From positions 100,380,001-100,444,000 of the forward strand of contig NW_024704742.1 of the NCBI RefSeq assembly GCF_018977255.1: a DNA stretch of 64,000 nt. Direction: 5' to 3'. Shown in pieces: positions 24,151 through 36,679 of this stretch. The notes beneath the pieces were generated by a model. That model did not search any database, was not told where the DNA came from, and was given only the letters and a program-made list of their open reading frames with translations. The stretch is from Callorhinchus milii. Taxonomy: Eukaryota. The position numbers were made by a program, and so were the translations under genes. The stretch's first letter is position 1. Every line of letters starts with the position of its first letter.

Positions 24151-25759
24151 GGTAATTAACACGAGATGTGTGTTATGAAACTGAAACGTTACTGCACCAC
24201 CAGCAACAAAAGCAAGACAGATAGTCCTCTTATTTTGTTTTTTTCCTTCTATTTTCGGAAATTCCACTCCAGACAATATCCCAGTTGATGATTCCCCCCC
24301 TATCCCCCATAACTTTGTCAAAATATTTGGCCCAAAGCTGTCATTACTGAGCACGTGCACCATTGAACACACTGTCCCAGAGAACGCAGCATTTCAGTGC
24401 CAGCTCATGGGCTACTAGCTCAACACACAGATGAATTGTTTGCTCCATATAGAAGCAAGTTGTACAAATTTTCCTTTTGTTTCTTTCATTCTTTGTTGTT
24501 TCTTTTTATGTTGAATTGAATGTAAAGTGGACTTGATTGTGTTCCATATAAGCTGAAGATCATTATTTTCCAAAAGTGGTGAACTGATTTCAACTGGGAA
24601 ACCTCAAAGCTGAGATGTTGGGACTGTGTACAGGAAGATCTGAATGAAACAGTGCCAGTGTACAGACAGTTAACGTAGATAGCGGAGTGGAGACTGTGAA
24701 GGTAAGGTTTTGTAGTGCCTACAATCTGCCTGCATAACGAATGGATGACAGACTAAGATAATTACTGTACAATGTAAGGTGTTGCTTCACATATCAATGT
24801 TAGAATGTACAGTAGTTGCATTGAAATTCATATTTAAGTACTAACTTTTATTAAAATAGTGATACACACAGTAATGTGCAATAATTGTGTTTCAGACCAT
24901 ATAAAAGACCTACAACCCCATTTTTAATCCTGCCAAATGTTAGGAGCGACTCAACATAAATGGAATCGAGTATTCCAGTATGGAAGTTTTAAACAACAGT
25001 GACATTCGCTACATGAAATCAATACAATTCGGATTTTACTAGAGATTCCTTGTCAGGAAAGAAAAAAAACTAAATTATCCAATCTCACATTTAACATCTG
25101 AATCATCAGACAGATGGTCAAGGTCTGTTAACTCATGGAACAGTCAGGACCTCGGGTTGTCTGACTTGAATACTATTAATTAGGGCAAAATCCCACCCCT
25201 TGTTCAAGGTTCAAATTCCTGCTTGTTTTCAATACATTAAAGTAGAGCTCTCAGAAAAACTGATCAACACAAAATCCTGTGCAAAAATACACATTTACGG
25301 CAAGACCATGTACAATGCAATAGATTTATATTCAAAACTAAACAGAAATTATAATCCAACTTTGACCTTCATCGTTATCGCTATTAAGAATGTTTCCATG
25401 TTGGAAACACAACAGGGAATTCTTTCTAGCCAACAATCCTCTGATTATCTAATGATAAAATTGATCATTCACTTCATGGCTATTTGTGGGATATTGCTGT
25501 GTCCAAATTGGTACTGTGTTTGCCTATAAATAGATAAAAACGTCAGTTTACAATAAAATCTTATGAAGCGCTTTGAGACATGTGAGGCACTGATATAACA
25601 TATTAATTTTTTTATAATAGATCTAAAGGGATTGATAAAGTACAACAGGCCAATGTATTCCAATGAACTGACATCAATCAAAATATTTTTAAAGACATTT
25701 GAGTATAATATTGAGAGATATTCGAGCCTGAGTAGTAGGGAGCAGGACTGCCATCAAAA

Positions 25760-25940
25760 AAATAATAAATTGGTTACTCAATCCACAATTGTTTGTGGGA
25801 CACTGCTGTAAGCAATTGGCTGCTGGTTTTGCCCACAAGATATACAGTCACTACACTTTACAATATATACTGTGAAGGACTTTGCAATGTCTCCAAAACA
25901 TGAAAAGGCACTTGATCAAATGCAAGGATTATTATTATTA
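25760..25940 (+). mobile_element. SINE 3' half, diverged
   Basis: tgtttgtgggacactgctgt...atcaaatgcaaggattattatt. Confidence 0.8.
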
Positions 25941-27164
25941 TATTCAAATTTCCTCTGACCCTCAGTGTGGGATTGCCTAAGAAAAGATACTTTCAAATAA
26001 GACCTACTAAAAAATATCTGTTTCCTAAATATGAGCTGATTCAGCGTAAATCCTGGTTTTCCCATAACGTCTTGACAATCTCACATATTTTGCATAGAAT
26101 TAACTTTGTGGCAGTCTAATTCAGATCGGCTTTCAACACTAAAGCTGCAATAAGGTGTAATTGTGATATTCTCGTCAGGGTGAGAAGTGCGAATTGTGCC
26201 ATCTGTTCATGACTTGTGAAATCCATTTGATTTGTGATTAAGGTATTGATGATTAAAATCTCCTACAAATTCACATCAATTCTCACAGCTAGATGGTTCT
26301 TCATCAACACACAAGCCGAGTGATCCAAGTTTAAGAGATGTCTTGGATTAATGTACAATTTTCTCTCAAACTATCCACAATAGCACTTTTGCCCCATCGT
26401 TGCATCATAGATCTTGTATTTGGTTGAGCTTACATCTGCTTACTGATTCTATTCTAAAATCTTAGAAAAATAAAAAGGGGTGAAAAATAAGTGCTACTCG
26501 GTCCACACTATGGAGACCAGTAGTCTGCTAATCAATATAGTGTCTAAGGACCAATAGTCTATACTACCTCTGGTTTCAATCTAGATCCTGAGCAGACGTT
26601 GGCAATTTATGCAAAGAAGGTCACCTTAGCTGCATCTTCTATTGCTGCCTGTTCAGCAACTAGCCAGTTCCCTCAATGCTATCAGCTAGCCATTGATCTT
26701 TTATCTCAGTGTCCAGAGCAAACTGTTGTGGCTTTGCTTGTATATGTAAATACTCAGATGGATTACACTTTCCTGTTCATGCTGTTCATCCTGAGAAGCT
26801 GTTTTCTTAAGGCTTAAGTGACAAAGAGAAAAGGAGCTACAGAAACTGCTGGCTTTTCTGGAAAGATTTGAGAGTTTTTTTTAAGTTGTGGCCTACAATA
26901 ATATCCAAAAAGGGAACAATGGAATTAAATTTTTCAGGCAGCCATTGTGGAGACACTCCACACAAACTATGTATCTTTGGAAAGAGAATTGATTTTATTG
27001 GAAGTCTTGTTCATTTTCGTTTTCTTCTTAATTTACCAGTGTCAGTGGCCCTGAAGTATCCAAATTGTTAAGGAAAAAGTTACTTAAACATTAAAAGCCT
27101 GTTTGAATTATTTTTATTGGTTAAAATTACAATGAGTATGTTGCAGTGTCTACAGTGATTATGT

Positions 27165-28940
27165 TGCCTCCTCCCCCCATGTCCCCTTCCACCCCACTCA
27201 GACCATCCACACTGCTTTCTCCTTCCTCCACGGCTCCTGCCAATCCCCTCTCCTTACACTCCTTTGCCCCCATTTCTCCCTTCTCCCTCTCAACCACAAT
27301 CACTTGGATGAAATTCATCACCCGATTACTCGAACCCCCCCACCCAGCTGATAGTCACTCAACTCCCCCTCCTCTCCCTCCTGCTAGACAATATGGTCAA
27401 CCAGTGCCTCTCCATAGGCTCTGTTCCACTCCCCTGAAAACCGCTATTATCACACCCCTCCCCCCCAAAATACCCTCAATCCCTCTAATCTCTCACACTA
27501 CCCTCTAATCTCTCACACCCTCAATCCCTCTAATCTCTCACACTTCCAACCTACTCTTCCTTGCCAAAATCCTGTAACGCATTGTTGCAGGTCAACTTCG
27601 GTCACACCTCTCCCTCCACTCCCTCCTTGAACTCCTGCAGTCGGGTTTTCGCCCACGGCACAGAGACAGCGCTTGTCAAAGTTACAAATGACGTCCTCAC
27701 TATCTGCGACCAGGGCTCCCTCTGCCTCCTCGTCCTCTTGGATCTCTCTTCTGCATTCGACACAGTCAACCACGCTATACTCCTCCATTGCCTTTCCTCC
27801 CTCATCCACCTTAGAGGGACCGCACTCGCATGGTTTGAGTCCTACTTAACCAACCACCTCCATTTCATCTTGGCAAATGGTTTCTCCTCCCTCCCCTGCC
27901 CAGTCACCTGCAGGGTTCCCCAGGGCTCTATCCTTGCCCCCCTTCTTTTCCTTATCAATATGCTCCCTCTAGGCAATGTCATCCATAGATATGGAGTAAA
28001 CTTTCACATGTATGCGGATCACACACTTTGCCTCCTGCAGTACCGACTCTGGGTCCGCCGATGTTCTATCAGCTTCTCTGGCAGACATCAAGGCCTGGAT
28101 GAGTGTAAACTTCCTGCAGCGGAATATGGACAAGACGGAAGCCATACTCCTTGGCTCCAGTCAACGTCTTCAGTCCTGTGGATCTGAACTCCTCAACCTC
28201 CCTGGGCTCTCCCTCAGACTTATCGAACAGTGCACAATCTAGGCGTCTGGTTCAACCCCCCATTGTCCCTCCTCCCCCATATCCAGATTCTGACCAGGAC
28301 TGCCTTCTTCCATCTCCACCACATTGCCTGCTTGCGAACATACCTTATCCCAAATGCAGCCGAAACCCTCGTGCATGCGTTTGTCACCTCTCGCTTGGAT
28401 TACTCCAACGCACTTCTTGCCGATCTCCCCAGCTCCACAATTCACAAGATCCAGCTCATTCAAAACTCTACCGCCCACATACTGCCCCGGACCAAACTCC
28501 GTACCCACATCTCACCAGTTCTGGCCAGGATCCACTGGCTCCCCATCACCGAACAGATTGACTTCAAGATCCTCACACTCGTGTTCACTCCCATTCACTC
28601 CCTGGAATTTCCCTACCTCTCTGAACTCCTCACTCCCCAATCCACCACCTAGTGCATCCACTTGACTGGCACCGGCCTTCTGCTCGTCCCTCGCACCCTC
28701 CGCCTCACCATCAGAGGTTGCGCTTTCAGCCACTACTCCCCGAAACTCTGCAACACTCTCCCTCAATCCCTCCACCTTGTCCCCTCTCCCCTTTTTCAAG
28801 TCTCAACTGGAAACCTTCCTCTTCAACCGTGCTTAAGGCCACCTCCCCACCCCTCCACCCCCGGCTCAGAGTCAGGTTCCGCCACTGTTAAGCGCTCTGA
28901 GACCTGTGTGGAGGGGGCTATATAAGTGCAAGTTGTTGTC
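27165..28940 (+). mobile_element. L2-clade LINE, about 1.8 kb, with RT domain, frameshifted
   Basis: HGTETALVKVTND, LDLSSAFDTVNH, VPQGSILAPLLF, FHMYAD, AETLVHAFVTSRLDYSN; 3' tail. Confidence 0.95.
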
Positions 28941-29129
28941 ATCGTTACAGTGTCAGTCTGCCTTATTTGATGATGTTTTTTATTCTAAGTTAGAAGGTAG
29001 TGGGTTCAAGCCCCACTAGCCCCAAACCTTTTAGATGTTGCGATTTGATAACAAATGCAAGGATTACTATTACTGAGAGAGCCTTCTTTTTCTCAAAATG
29101 TGTTCCTTTTTATCCCTTCTTCTCCTGGG

Positions 29130-29320
29130 TATATTCTGGAGGGGTGAGATTAAATTTTAAGAGAGAACTGGATAGGTATCTGGGGAAGACGGGTTTGCAG
29201 GGTTATGGGGAGAAAGCTGGTGATTGGGGTTAGTGAAAGTGACTTGCTCTGTCAAAGAGCCGGCACAGACTCGATGGGCCGAATGGTCTCCTTCTGTGCC
29301 GTAACATTCTATGAATCTAT
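29130..29320 (+). mobile_element. CR1 LINE 3' end
   Basis: FKRELDRYL...GYGEKAG, gatgggccgaatggtctccttctgtgc, attctatg tail. Confidence 0.85.
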
Positions 29321-29676
29321 GAAAAAAAATGGCCCAAAAGGCCTTCTTCATGTCAACCTCTCTTGTGATCTTCCACCAGAATAGAACCAGAAGCTCTCTG
29401 GGCCAAGATTCAACAGTAGGGGCAGGCTATGACTGGATCTAAATGATGAGATTCACAAACTGATTTGTAACTAGTGGATTCTGTTTATCCCACAGGCCGA
29501 CTCTCTGGAACACTTGGATGCTGATCTCAGTTCAGACGTGGGGGGGAAGGCTGGGGGCATGTTGGGGTGGAGTGCAGAGGGTCGGTCCTAATCATAGAAA
29601 TTTTCAGCACAGAAGACGGTCGTTCGGCCCATCATATCTGTGCTGACTCATTTATAGAGCAATCCTTTTCAGTCCT

Positions 29677-30015
29677 GTGGAGTCTTGTAGCTCAGTGGTT
29701 AGAGCACTCGCCTTGGAAGCAAGAGACCTGGGTTTGATTCCCAGCAGGGCAAAACAATGGGCAAGTTTACTTATTCCACACGCCTCCATTTACCTAGCAG
29801 TAAGTGGATCGCTTTTCCAGTGGTAATAATTCCTTCAGAAAAAAATAATAATAAATACACGACTGTTTGTGATACACTGCTGTGTGCAATTGGCTGCCGA
29901 ATTTCGCCCACAAAATATATAGTCAATTAATTTACAGTATATTCTGTGAAACGCTTTGATAAGTCTCGAAGATGTGATAAGGCGTGATATGAAATGCAAG
30001 GGGGTTATCTATTAT
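29677..30015 (+). mobile_element. Long-form tRNA-derived SINE nested in a minus-strand CR1 tail (about 29590-30230)
   Basis: Carries the extra central segment tttacctagcagtaagt...gatcgcttttccag. Confidence 0.85.
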
Positions 30016-30539
30016 TTTATTTACCTGCCCTTTCCCCAACCCTGTAGTTTACTCCTTTTTAGATATCTATCTAGATCTTTTTGAAAAGCTAATATGGACT
30101 CTGCCTCAACACCACCTTTAGCAGGTTGTCCCATATCCTAACTTCTCTGAGGAAAAAAATTCTCCTAATCTCCCTATTTGCTTGTTTATCTTAAATTAAT
30201 GCCCTCTAATCACTGACTCATCGACAATACCTGAAATTCATTATTTACAAATCCTTTGGTGACTCTTCAAATTTATACCTCATCTTGCAGATTTTTTTAC
30301 TGATAATTATAATATATAATATATAACTGCAAGTTAGTGTTTATTAATGTTTTATTATTTATTATTGTTTAAATGCTTTCATTGTAGTCAGCTTCAACAG
30401 CTATTCGGGGAAGGGATTCAACACAGTTTTCAGTATAAAAATATTCTTCCTACTGCCCCGTACCCTTTTTGTCTTCAGGGACATGTGTACAAAGTGTATG
30501 AAGTGGTGTCCATCAGCAAAGATGTAAAGGGGAAAGGAT

Positions 30540-31100
30540 TTGGGTGTGATCACTGACCATGACCTGAAAGTATCCAGTCAATGTGAAGCAGTATCAATAA
30601 AGCAAATCAAGTGCTGTGCTGGGTTATATCTGGGGAGCATTTGATATCAGGTCAACTGAAATTATTCTGACATTGTTGAGGCCACTTCTGGAATATGGTG
30701 CACACTTTTTGGCAGCCTTCCTCAAAGAGGATATTGATTCATTGGAAAATAGCTCAGAGATGACTGCCAAGGATGATTCCAGGCTTTACACGTCAGAACA
30801 ATGAAGAAAGACTCACAAAGCTTTTTCATTCAAAAAATAAAATTGAATGAACGTTACATGGGTCTTTAAAATGCAAAAATTCCTAGGTAAACCAGATGTA
30901 AGCAAGTTATTTAACTTAGTCTGTGAGGGTAGAATGAGAGGACACAACAATGTAACATTAACAAGCCTTCGGTGAGATTACAAAGCAAACTCACAAGGGG
31001 TACTGGAGCAAAGCCTGAGAAAAGCAGTTAATGCCAAATCAATTAACATGCTTTAAAACTAATTAGATACACATACAGTGTGTTGAGGGAAGGATTGAGC
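30540..31100 (+). mobile_element. Decayed CR1 LINE fragment
   Basis: LGYI...LLRPLLEYGAHF...KEDIDSLE motifs. Confidence 0.75.
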
Positions 31101-32909
31101 ATTACTGAAAACAATTGGTTTGGGATTGCTCCGCCACAAACTTATTGCACATAATCATTTAAGTTGCTTCAACATGGCATTAAGCTACACTTAAAATATA
31201 TCTACCCTATTTTAAAATGAAATATTGGTAATGTATCAAGTTTGCAGCATTTTTTTAACAGATGTCTTAACAATAAATGTGCAATTATATAAAAACATTA
31301 AAATGTTAAATGTAAAAGACAACATTACATGTTAGAATGCATTCTCATGACATTTGTGGGCAGAAATTCCACCTGGGTCAAGATTTACACTATTTATGTA
31401 GCATTTCATGTGAAAGATATTATACCAAATGTAAGGATTATTATTATTATTTAAGAGTATCCACAGTTTACTAATTTCTTAAATGCAACCTTAATTTTGA
31501 AGCTATTTTTCCGTAACTTTTTTAAGAATCACAGAACATCTTCAAAGTTAAGCATTAATTCAACAATTTTCCAAATTCCGGATGCTCTAAAAACACAACA
31601 TAAATAGAATAGATCTAGACCGAGGTGGAATTTTTCCTCATTGATGTTCTAGAAATTGGATAATTACACATTTATTATTAAGAAATCTGTATAAACCATC
31701 AAATTAAACCTCTCTGCACACGACAGTAACTTAGCCACAAAATAAATTACTGCCATAAGTTCTGTGCCATAGGATGTCTGATCGAGGAGAAATCCAGACC
31801 CAGGGACACTTATATTATTACTTGTGCTATATAATGTTCTGCTTAATTTCATGTTTATAATAATAATCTGCATTATCATCATTACATTTCACGTTGGGAG
31901 GATGTTTCAAACTGTTTCACGGGATATACTATAAACATAAGTAATTGCGGGTTTGTGGGTTAATATAGCACAGCTAGAGAACAAGGTTAATGTAATCTTA
32001 TCCATAAGTCACTACAGGGTGAAGAAACAATGGTGTCAAATGATGCTGACAAAATGCAACATGACAAGTTAGATTTCTCCTCGATACAGCAGTATATGGA
32101 TCACAAATTTATCTTTTTCAATTCCAGTTGTTCCCCACCTCTGCAGAAGGTGCCAGCCACCTTCCCTTACTTTCCCAGGTTGGCAGTTATTTTTTAAAAA
32201 ATAATGTAGTGTCCAATTAGTTTTCGAATATCTCCCATTAGCATATGTCAGTGCTCCTGGTTCCCAATCTCTGCATGCTGGTGTCCAAATCCACAGGAGC
32301 TGATTGCCAAACACACACAAATAACACACACAAACACTACTAGTTGGAATAATGAAGAGGGACCGGAGCCAGTAAACTCAGCTGATTTAAACATCACTGA
32401 ACCTTGGATGGCTGTAGCCAATTTAGCGTCTCTCCACATGTTGACATCAGTATAGGCTGGGATTTGAACCAGCAAGACCCCAACCCGTACACTGAAGCTC
32501 TATCTGCTATACCATCAAGGCCACGCCCACAGATGGCTAATCTGCTCGGGATAAAAAAATGATAAATGTGATGAATGAGGCCAGGCCATAACTAAAACCA
32601 GTTGATAGCCTAAGACCGGCATTGAAATGAGTTAGCAGAGTGTTGGCTTCATTCCAATTTTGTTTATTACATTAGGCTGTTATTTGCAAACCTTCAGGCC
32701 AATGGCTATCTAGTCAAATGGCAGAGGGTATGGCTTCAGACTAATGAATTTGGGACAGCAGTGAGATCCACAATCATTGGTATTGGCTGGGTTTGTTGAA
32801 TGTAGTTATCAATAATGTGATAATTATTACATCATAATTTAATACATCACAGGTTACAACGTGTGAATCCAAACAGGAAATCTGTCCAACAGTGGAGGGA
32901 TTTCACACA

Positions 32910-33062
32910 TATAATAATAATCCTTGCATTTGATATAGGGCTTTTCATGTCTTCTAGACATCTCAATGCGCTTCACAGAATATATTGTAAAGTGAATTTA
33001 CTGTGTATTTGTAGGAAAAATGCGGCAGCCAATTGCTCACAGCAGTGACCTAAAAACAGTCG
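32910..33062 (-). mobile_element. SINE 3' fragment
   Basis: (ATA)n tccttgcatttgatatag...tgcggcagccaattg. Confidence 0.85.
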
Positions 33063-33114
33063 CTGTGGGGAAAGTTTCAGACGATGAGAAGGTGACTATT
33101 ATAGAGAAGGTGGC

Positions 33115-33750
33115 TCTACACGCCTTTATCACCTCAAGGCTGGACTATGGGAACTCTCTCCTCGCCGGCCTTCCCGCCACCTCCCTCCACAAGCTGCAGG
33201 TCATTCAGAACTCTGCAGCTCGTGTACTGTCCCGCACCAGGCTTCGGGAACACATCACTTCCACCCTCGCTCACCTCCACTGGCTCCCCATCCCCCAGAG
33301 GATCGAATTCAAGATCCTCACCCTCACCTACAAGGCCATTCATGGCCTCGCTCCCTCCTACCTCTCCGACCTACTATCCCCCTACCTACCCGCCCGTACC
33401 CTCCGTTCCTATGGCTCCGGTCTGCTCCACATCCCCCGCCCCAACCGCCCTACTATCGGTGGCCGGGCCTTCAGCCTCTCAACCCCTAGGCTCTGGAACT
33501 CTATCCCCCAGTGCCTTCGCCGCCTCCTCCCTTTCCTCCTTCAAGGCCAGTCTCAAGACCTTTCTCTTTGACCGTGCCTTCAGCTCCCCTCTCGACTCTC
33601 TACCCCCTCCTCGCTCCCTCCCTTCCATCCCCTCACCCTGACCATTTCCCCCCAATGCTCGGGTCCTGACCCAACTGTACAGCGCCTTGGGACGTCCTCC
33701 CGACGTGAAAGGTGCTCAATAAATGGAATCTTGTTGTTGTTGTTTTTGTT
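33115..33750 (+). mobile_element. Young L2-clade LINE 3' fragment
   Basis: Open frame HAFITSRLDYGNSLLAGLP...LHWLPIPQRIEFKIL; near-identical to the 62175-63180 copy. Confidence 0.95.
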
Positions 33751-34439
33751 GTATTCTGTTCTCATCTGATATCTACATCTTGGAGTCACTAGATAGTAAT
33801 AAGCCCATGCAAGACATGGCCCTTCCTAGTCTAGTGATGCTGAGGCTATTTGCAATAACTTTCCTGATGCCTTAGGGATAAACACCTAGACCTTCCTGAT
33901 CTGGATGGTTCAATTACACACATGCAGAGGCTTTGCCAACTGAGCCTTTGGAGGAGCTGGTTTGGAACAGTTAACATTAATCTGTAGAATAATCAAATAT
34001 GGATTTTTGCTATTTAAATACATTTCCAACCCAAACAGTGAAATCCATTCTCTTTCAGGGTGAGCACAGACAGTGAGTATTAACAGGCTTACATTCACTA
34101 ATAAAATCCGAGACATTTTGTTGAATAAAGAATACCTAACAAAGAAGCAGTGCAAATTATGTTCAGTAGCAACCTTCAAAGCATAACTTTACATTAGTCA
34201 CAGATCAGTGGAGCATTAAGAATGTTTTTTTCCTACAAAATACACAGTCATCGCACTTTACAGTAAATCCAATGAAGTCATCCCCCCTGCTCCCCCCACC
34301 CTGCCCGCCATGTAAAAAGTGCTAAATCAAATGCAAAGACTACTGTTATTATTGAATGAACAGAATGTATCAGTGAAGTGAGAGGTTGAGAGTAAATTCT
34401 GCATCTGTTTTTTTTGGAGACACCAAATAAAATGCTTAC

Positions 34440-34564
34440 AATTGTCATCCTGTGCGACACATTGAAATGGGATCCCAAAGAATGATGTGTAGCTGTCATT
34501 GTACCAGACTAGGAGCTCCACTCCTCTTGGGATGTCCACACAAGCTCTGTAGAATATGCATGAT
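34440..34564 (-). CDS. PRDM6: PRDM6 internal coding exon (end of PR/SET domain), 125 nt
   Basis: Acceptor ttctttttcAG|A, donor AAT T|GTAAGC. Translates (R)[41 protein letters not shown](L), with the PR motif IFYRA..DI..G.ELLVWY. Phase 2 in, phase 1 out, matching both neighbours. Confidence 0.96.
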
Positions 34565-36474
34565 CTGAAAAAGAAGAAACAAAAGGCAAAAAAACAAAAT
34601 TCAAACTGTGTATTTTTTTGTGGACATATGAAAGTTCCCATCATTTCCCAAATGTCCTTGGGGACAGGAGAGGGGATCGTTTGTGGAAGACATTGGGAGG
34701 CTGATAATTTCTGTGTTGTGATAAGTATCACCAGTAATGATCATCACATTACATGTCTCAATTTTCTCTGCAAAGGTTGAGATTACTTTCCAGGTCGAAG
34801 GGATGAAAGCCTCCTGACTTCAACAGCTGAAAGAAGGGTCTATGCAAAACAAGCAAGGGATCTCATATCTCAGTTCTTAAAGGGTGCAAGTCCATAAAAG
34901 TGGCTACATAAATATTATTATTATTACATAAATAGAGTAAATCTAGTTCTAGGAAGAATTTTATCCCAATTGTGTGGTGCACGGAGGAAGAAGAGAAGAG
35001 AAAAAAAACTTTAATACAAAGATTTTTTTAAAAAAGATTAGAATTTGTGAGATTTCCAAGAGTAAATCTTATAGGTACCCAGGCCCAGACAGGTCGATCC
35101 ATTGTAACTGCTTGGATACCAATCTCACCAAAACTCCTGGCATCAAGGAGATCCATAAGTTGGCCTAAGGTTCAGTGCTTTGAGGAGCTTCCTGTGTGAA
35201 GGGTACCATATAAATGCAACTTGTTGTTGTAAGATACAGCCGGGTAGCTCCAGATTCCATTATTTACAAATCCTTTTGGTCAATCTTGCAAATTAGAGCG
35301 AATTGTGAGGTACAACCTCTTTAGCTGAAGAAAAATTGCAGCGCTGTCTCTTTAACCGGGACGTGGCTTGAAGAATTGCTCACGCCAATGCAATTTGTTT
35401 GCTTAACATCGCAGACACACACAGAATCTGTCGGCACATATTTCATAAGAGTGAGATATGCACTTGTCAACCTATTTTGTCATTGTCAAGTGGCTCTTGG
35501 CAACAGGATCATGAAGATCAATATAAAAAATTGAAGAATCTCAACGTTTCACTTGCAGCTGCAAAAAATTCATTTATGTTTTTTTTTCCTGAACATCCTG
35601 TCACCCCATTTGACTCAGGCACTGCTGGCTAAGCACAATGTTTTTGGTGTGCCTATGAATATCTGACAAAAACTATGCCCTGGACTGCTTGCTCTGTTCA
35701 CAGAGGCTTGTAAATTGTATTAATTCTTTCCACTATTTCACAGTTTCAAACAAGGTCTGGACTATAAATTGCATATGCCTCATAACTTGAGGGGCGGAGG
35801 AAAAGCCTTTTTGCCCTCCTTCTTCTCTGAGTTAGGTTTCCCGAAACAATAAACACTGCTCAATGTATTGTATGCAATAAGGCCTTTGCTAGACAGAAAT
35901 GCTTAGTTCTTACTGAAAATACAGGACTGTTTTAAAGCAATGGGTGGTCTTGGAGGCTTTTAGAGAAGGACTACAAAACTATAAGCATACAGGGTTCCTC
36001 ACAGGAGGGCAGGAGTTCCATGTCGTACACAAATCACTGCATGCTGAAGCACATCAAAGGCATTTTTCCTCTTGGCTAATATTTCCTTTGCTGACATGTA
36101 TTTAGTATTGTGTTTGGATGACTCATAAAGATAAACTGCATGATGTCCTGTCTCTGGTGCAGCCAGTGTCATGCCAGTGAACGTTATTGTCAGCACAAAC
36201 TAAAACAAAGTGTTAAGGATGGGGAGGGGAAGGGTGTCAATCAATCATAAGAGATCTTTGAAGAGAAATCCATTAAGATGTCACAAATCAAAATTTATTG
36301 AATTTAAAGCAGCTGGCAAGCACCAGATTAGATATTTATGGACAACATAAGTATGTGTTTTTATCATTGTGCAATATTTATGTTGCAATATTCATTATAT
36401 ACGGGAATCTCATTATAATGCAGTTCTTTAGGACCAATAGCTTAGAAGTCATGTTATTAGTGAAGCACTACGAT

Positions 36475-36679
36475 AGCTGACTTCCAGGTCATCAGGTCGC
36501 CACTGACGTCAGTTCCTGCAAATTGTGCTTGCACACTATACATGAGAAGGGCACTGATGGCACTTCCTTTGCAAAGTGACATCACCAACATTTCCTAGGC
36601 AGGAAAGCAGTATGCAGGAAGTGACATTATCAGCGACCCTCTGACCCCACGTCGAACACTTTTAGCTCGGAAGTCAGCT
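36475..36679. repeat. About 200-bp imperfect fold-back (MITE-like) element
   Basis: agctgacttcc pairs with ggaagtcagct; further nested arms inside. Confidence 0.6.

Noticed and set aside
34785..34850. Possible hammerhead ribozyme/Penelope remnant (ttccaggtcgaagg...ctgaaagaagggtc)
   Set aside because: Core CTGATGA...GAAA and its stems are not intact. None of the CTGATGA sites I inspected elsewhere had a matching GAAA stem.
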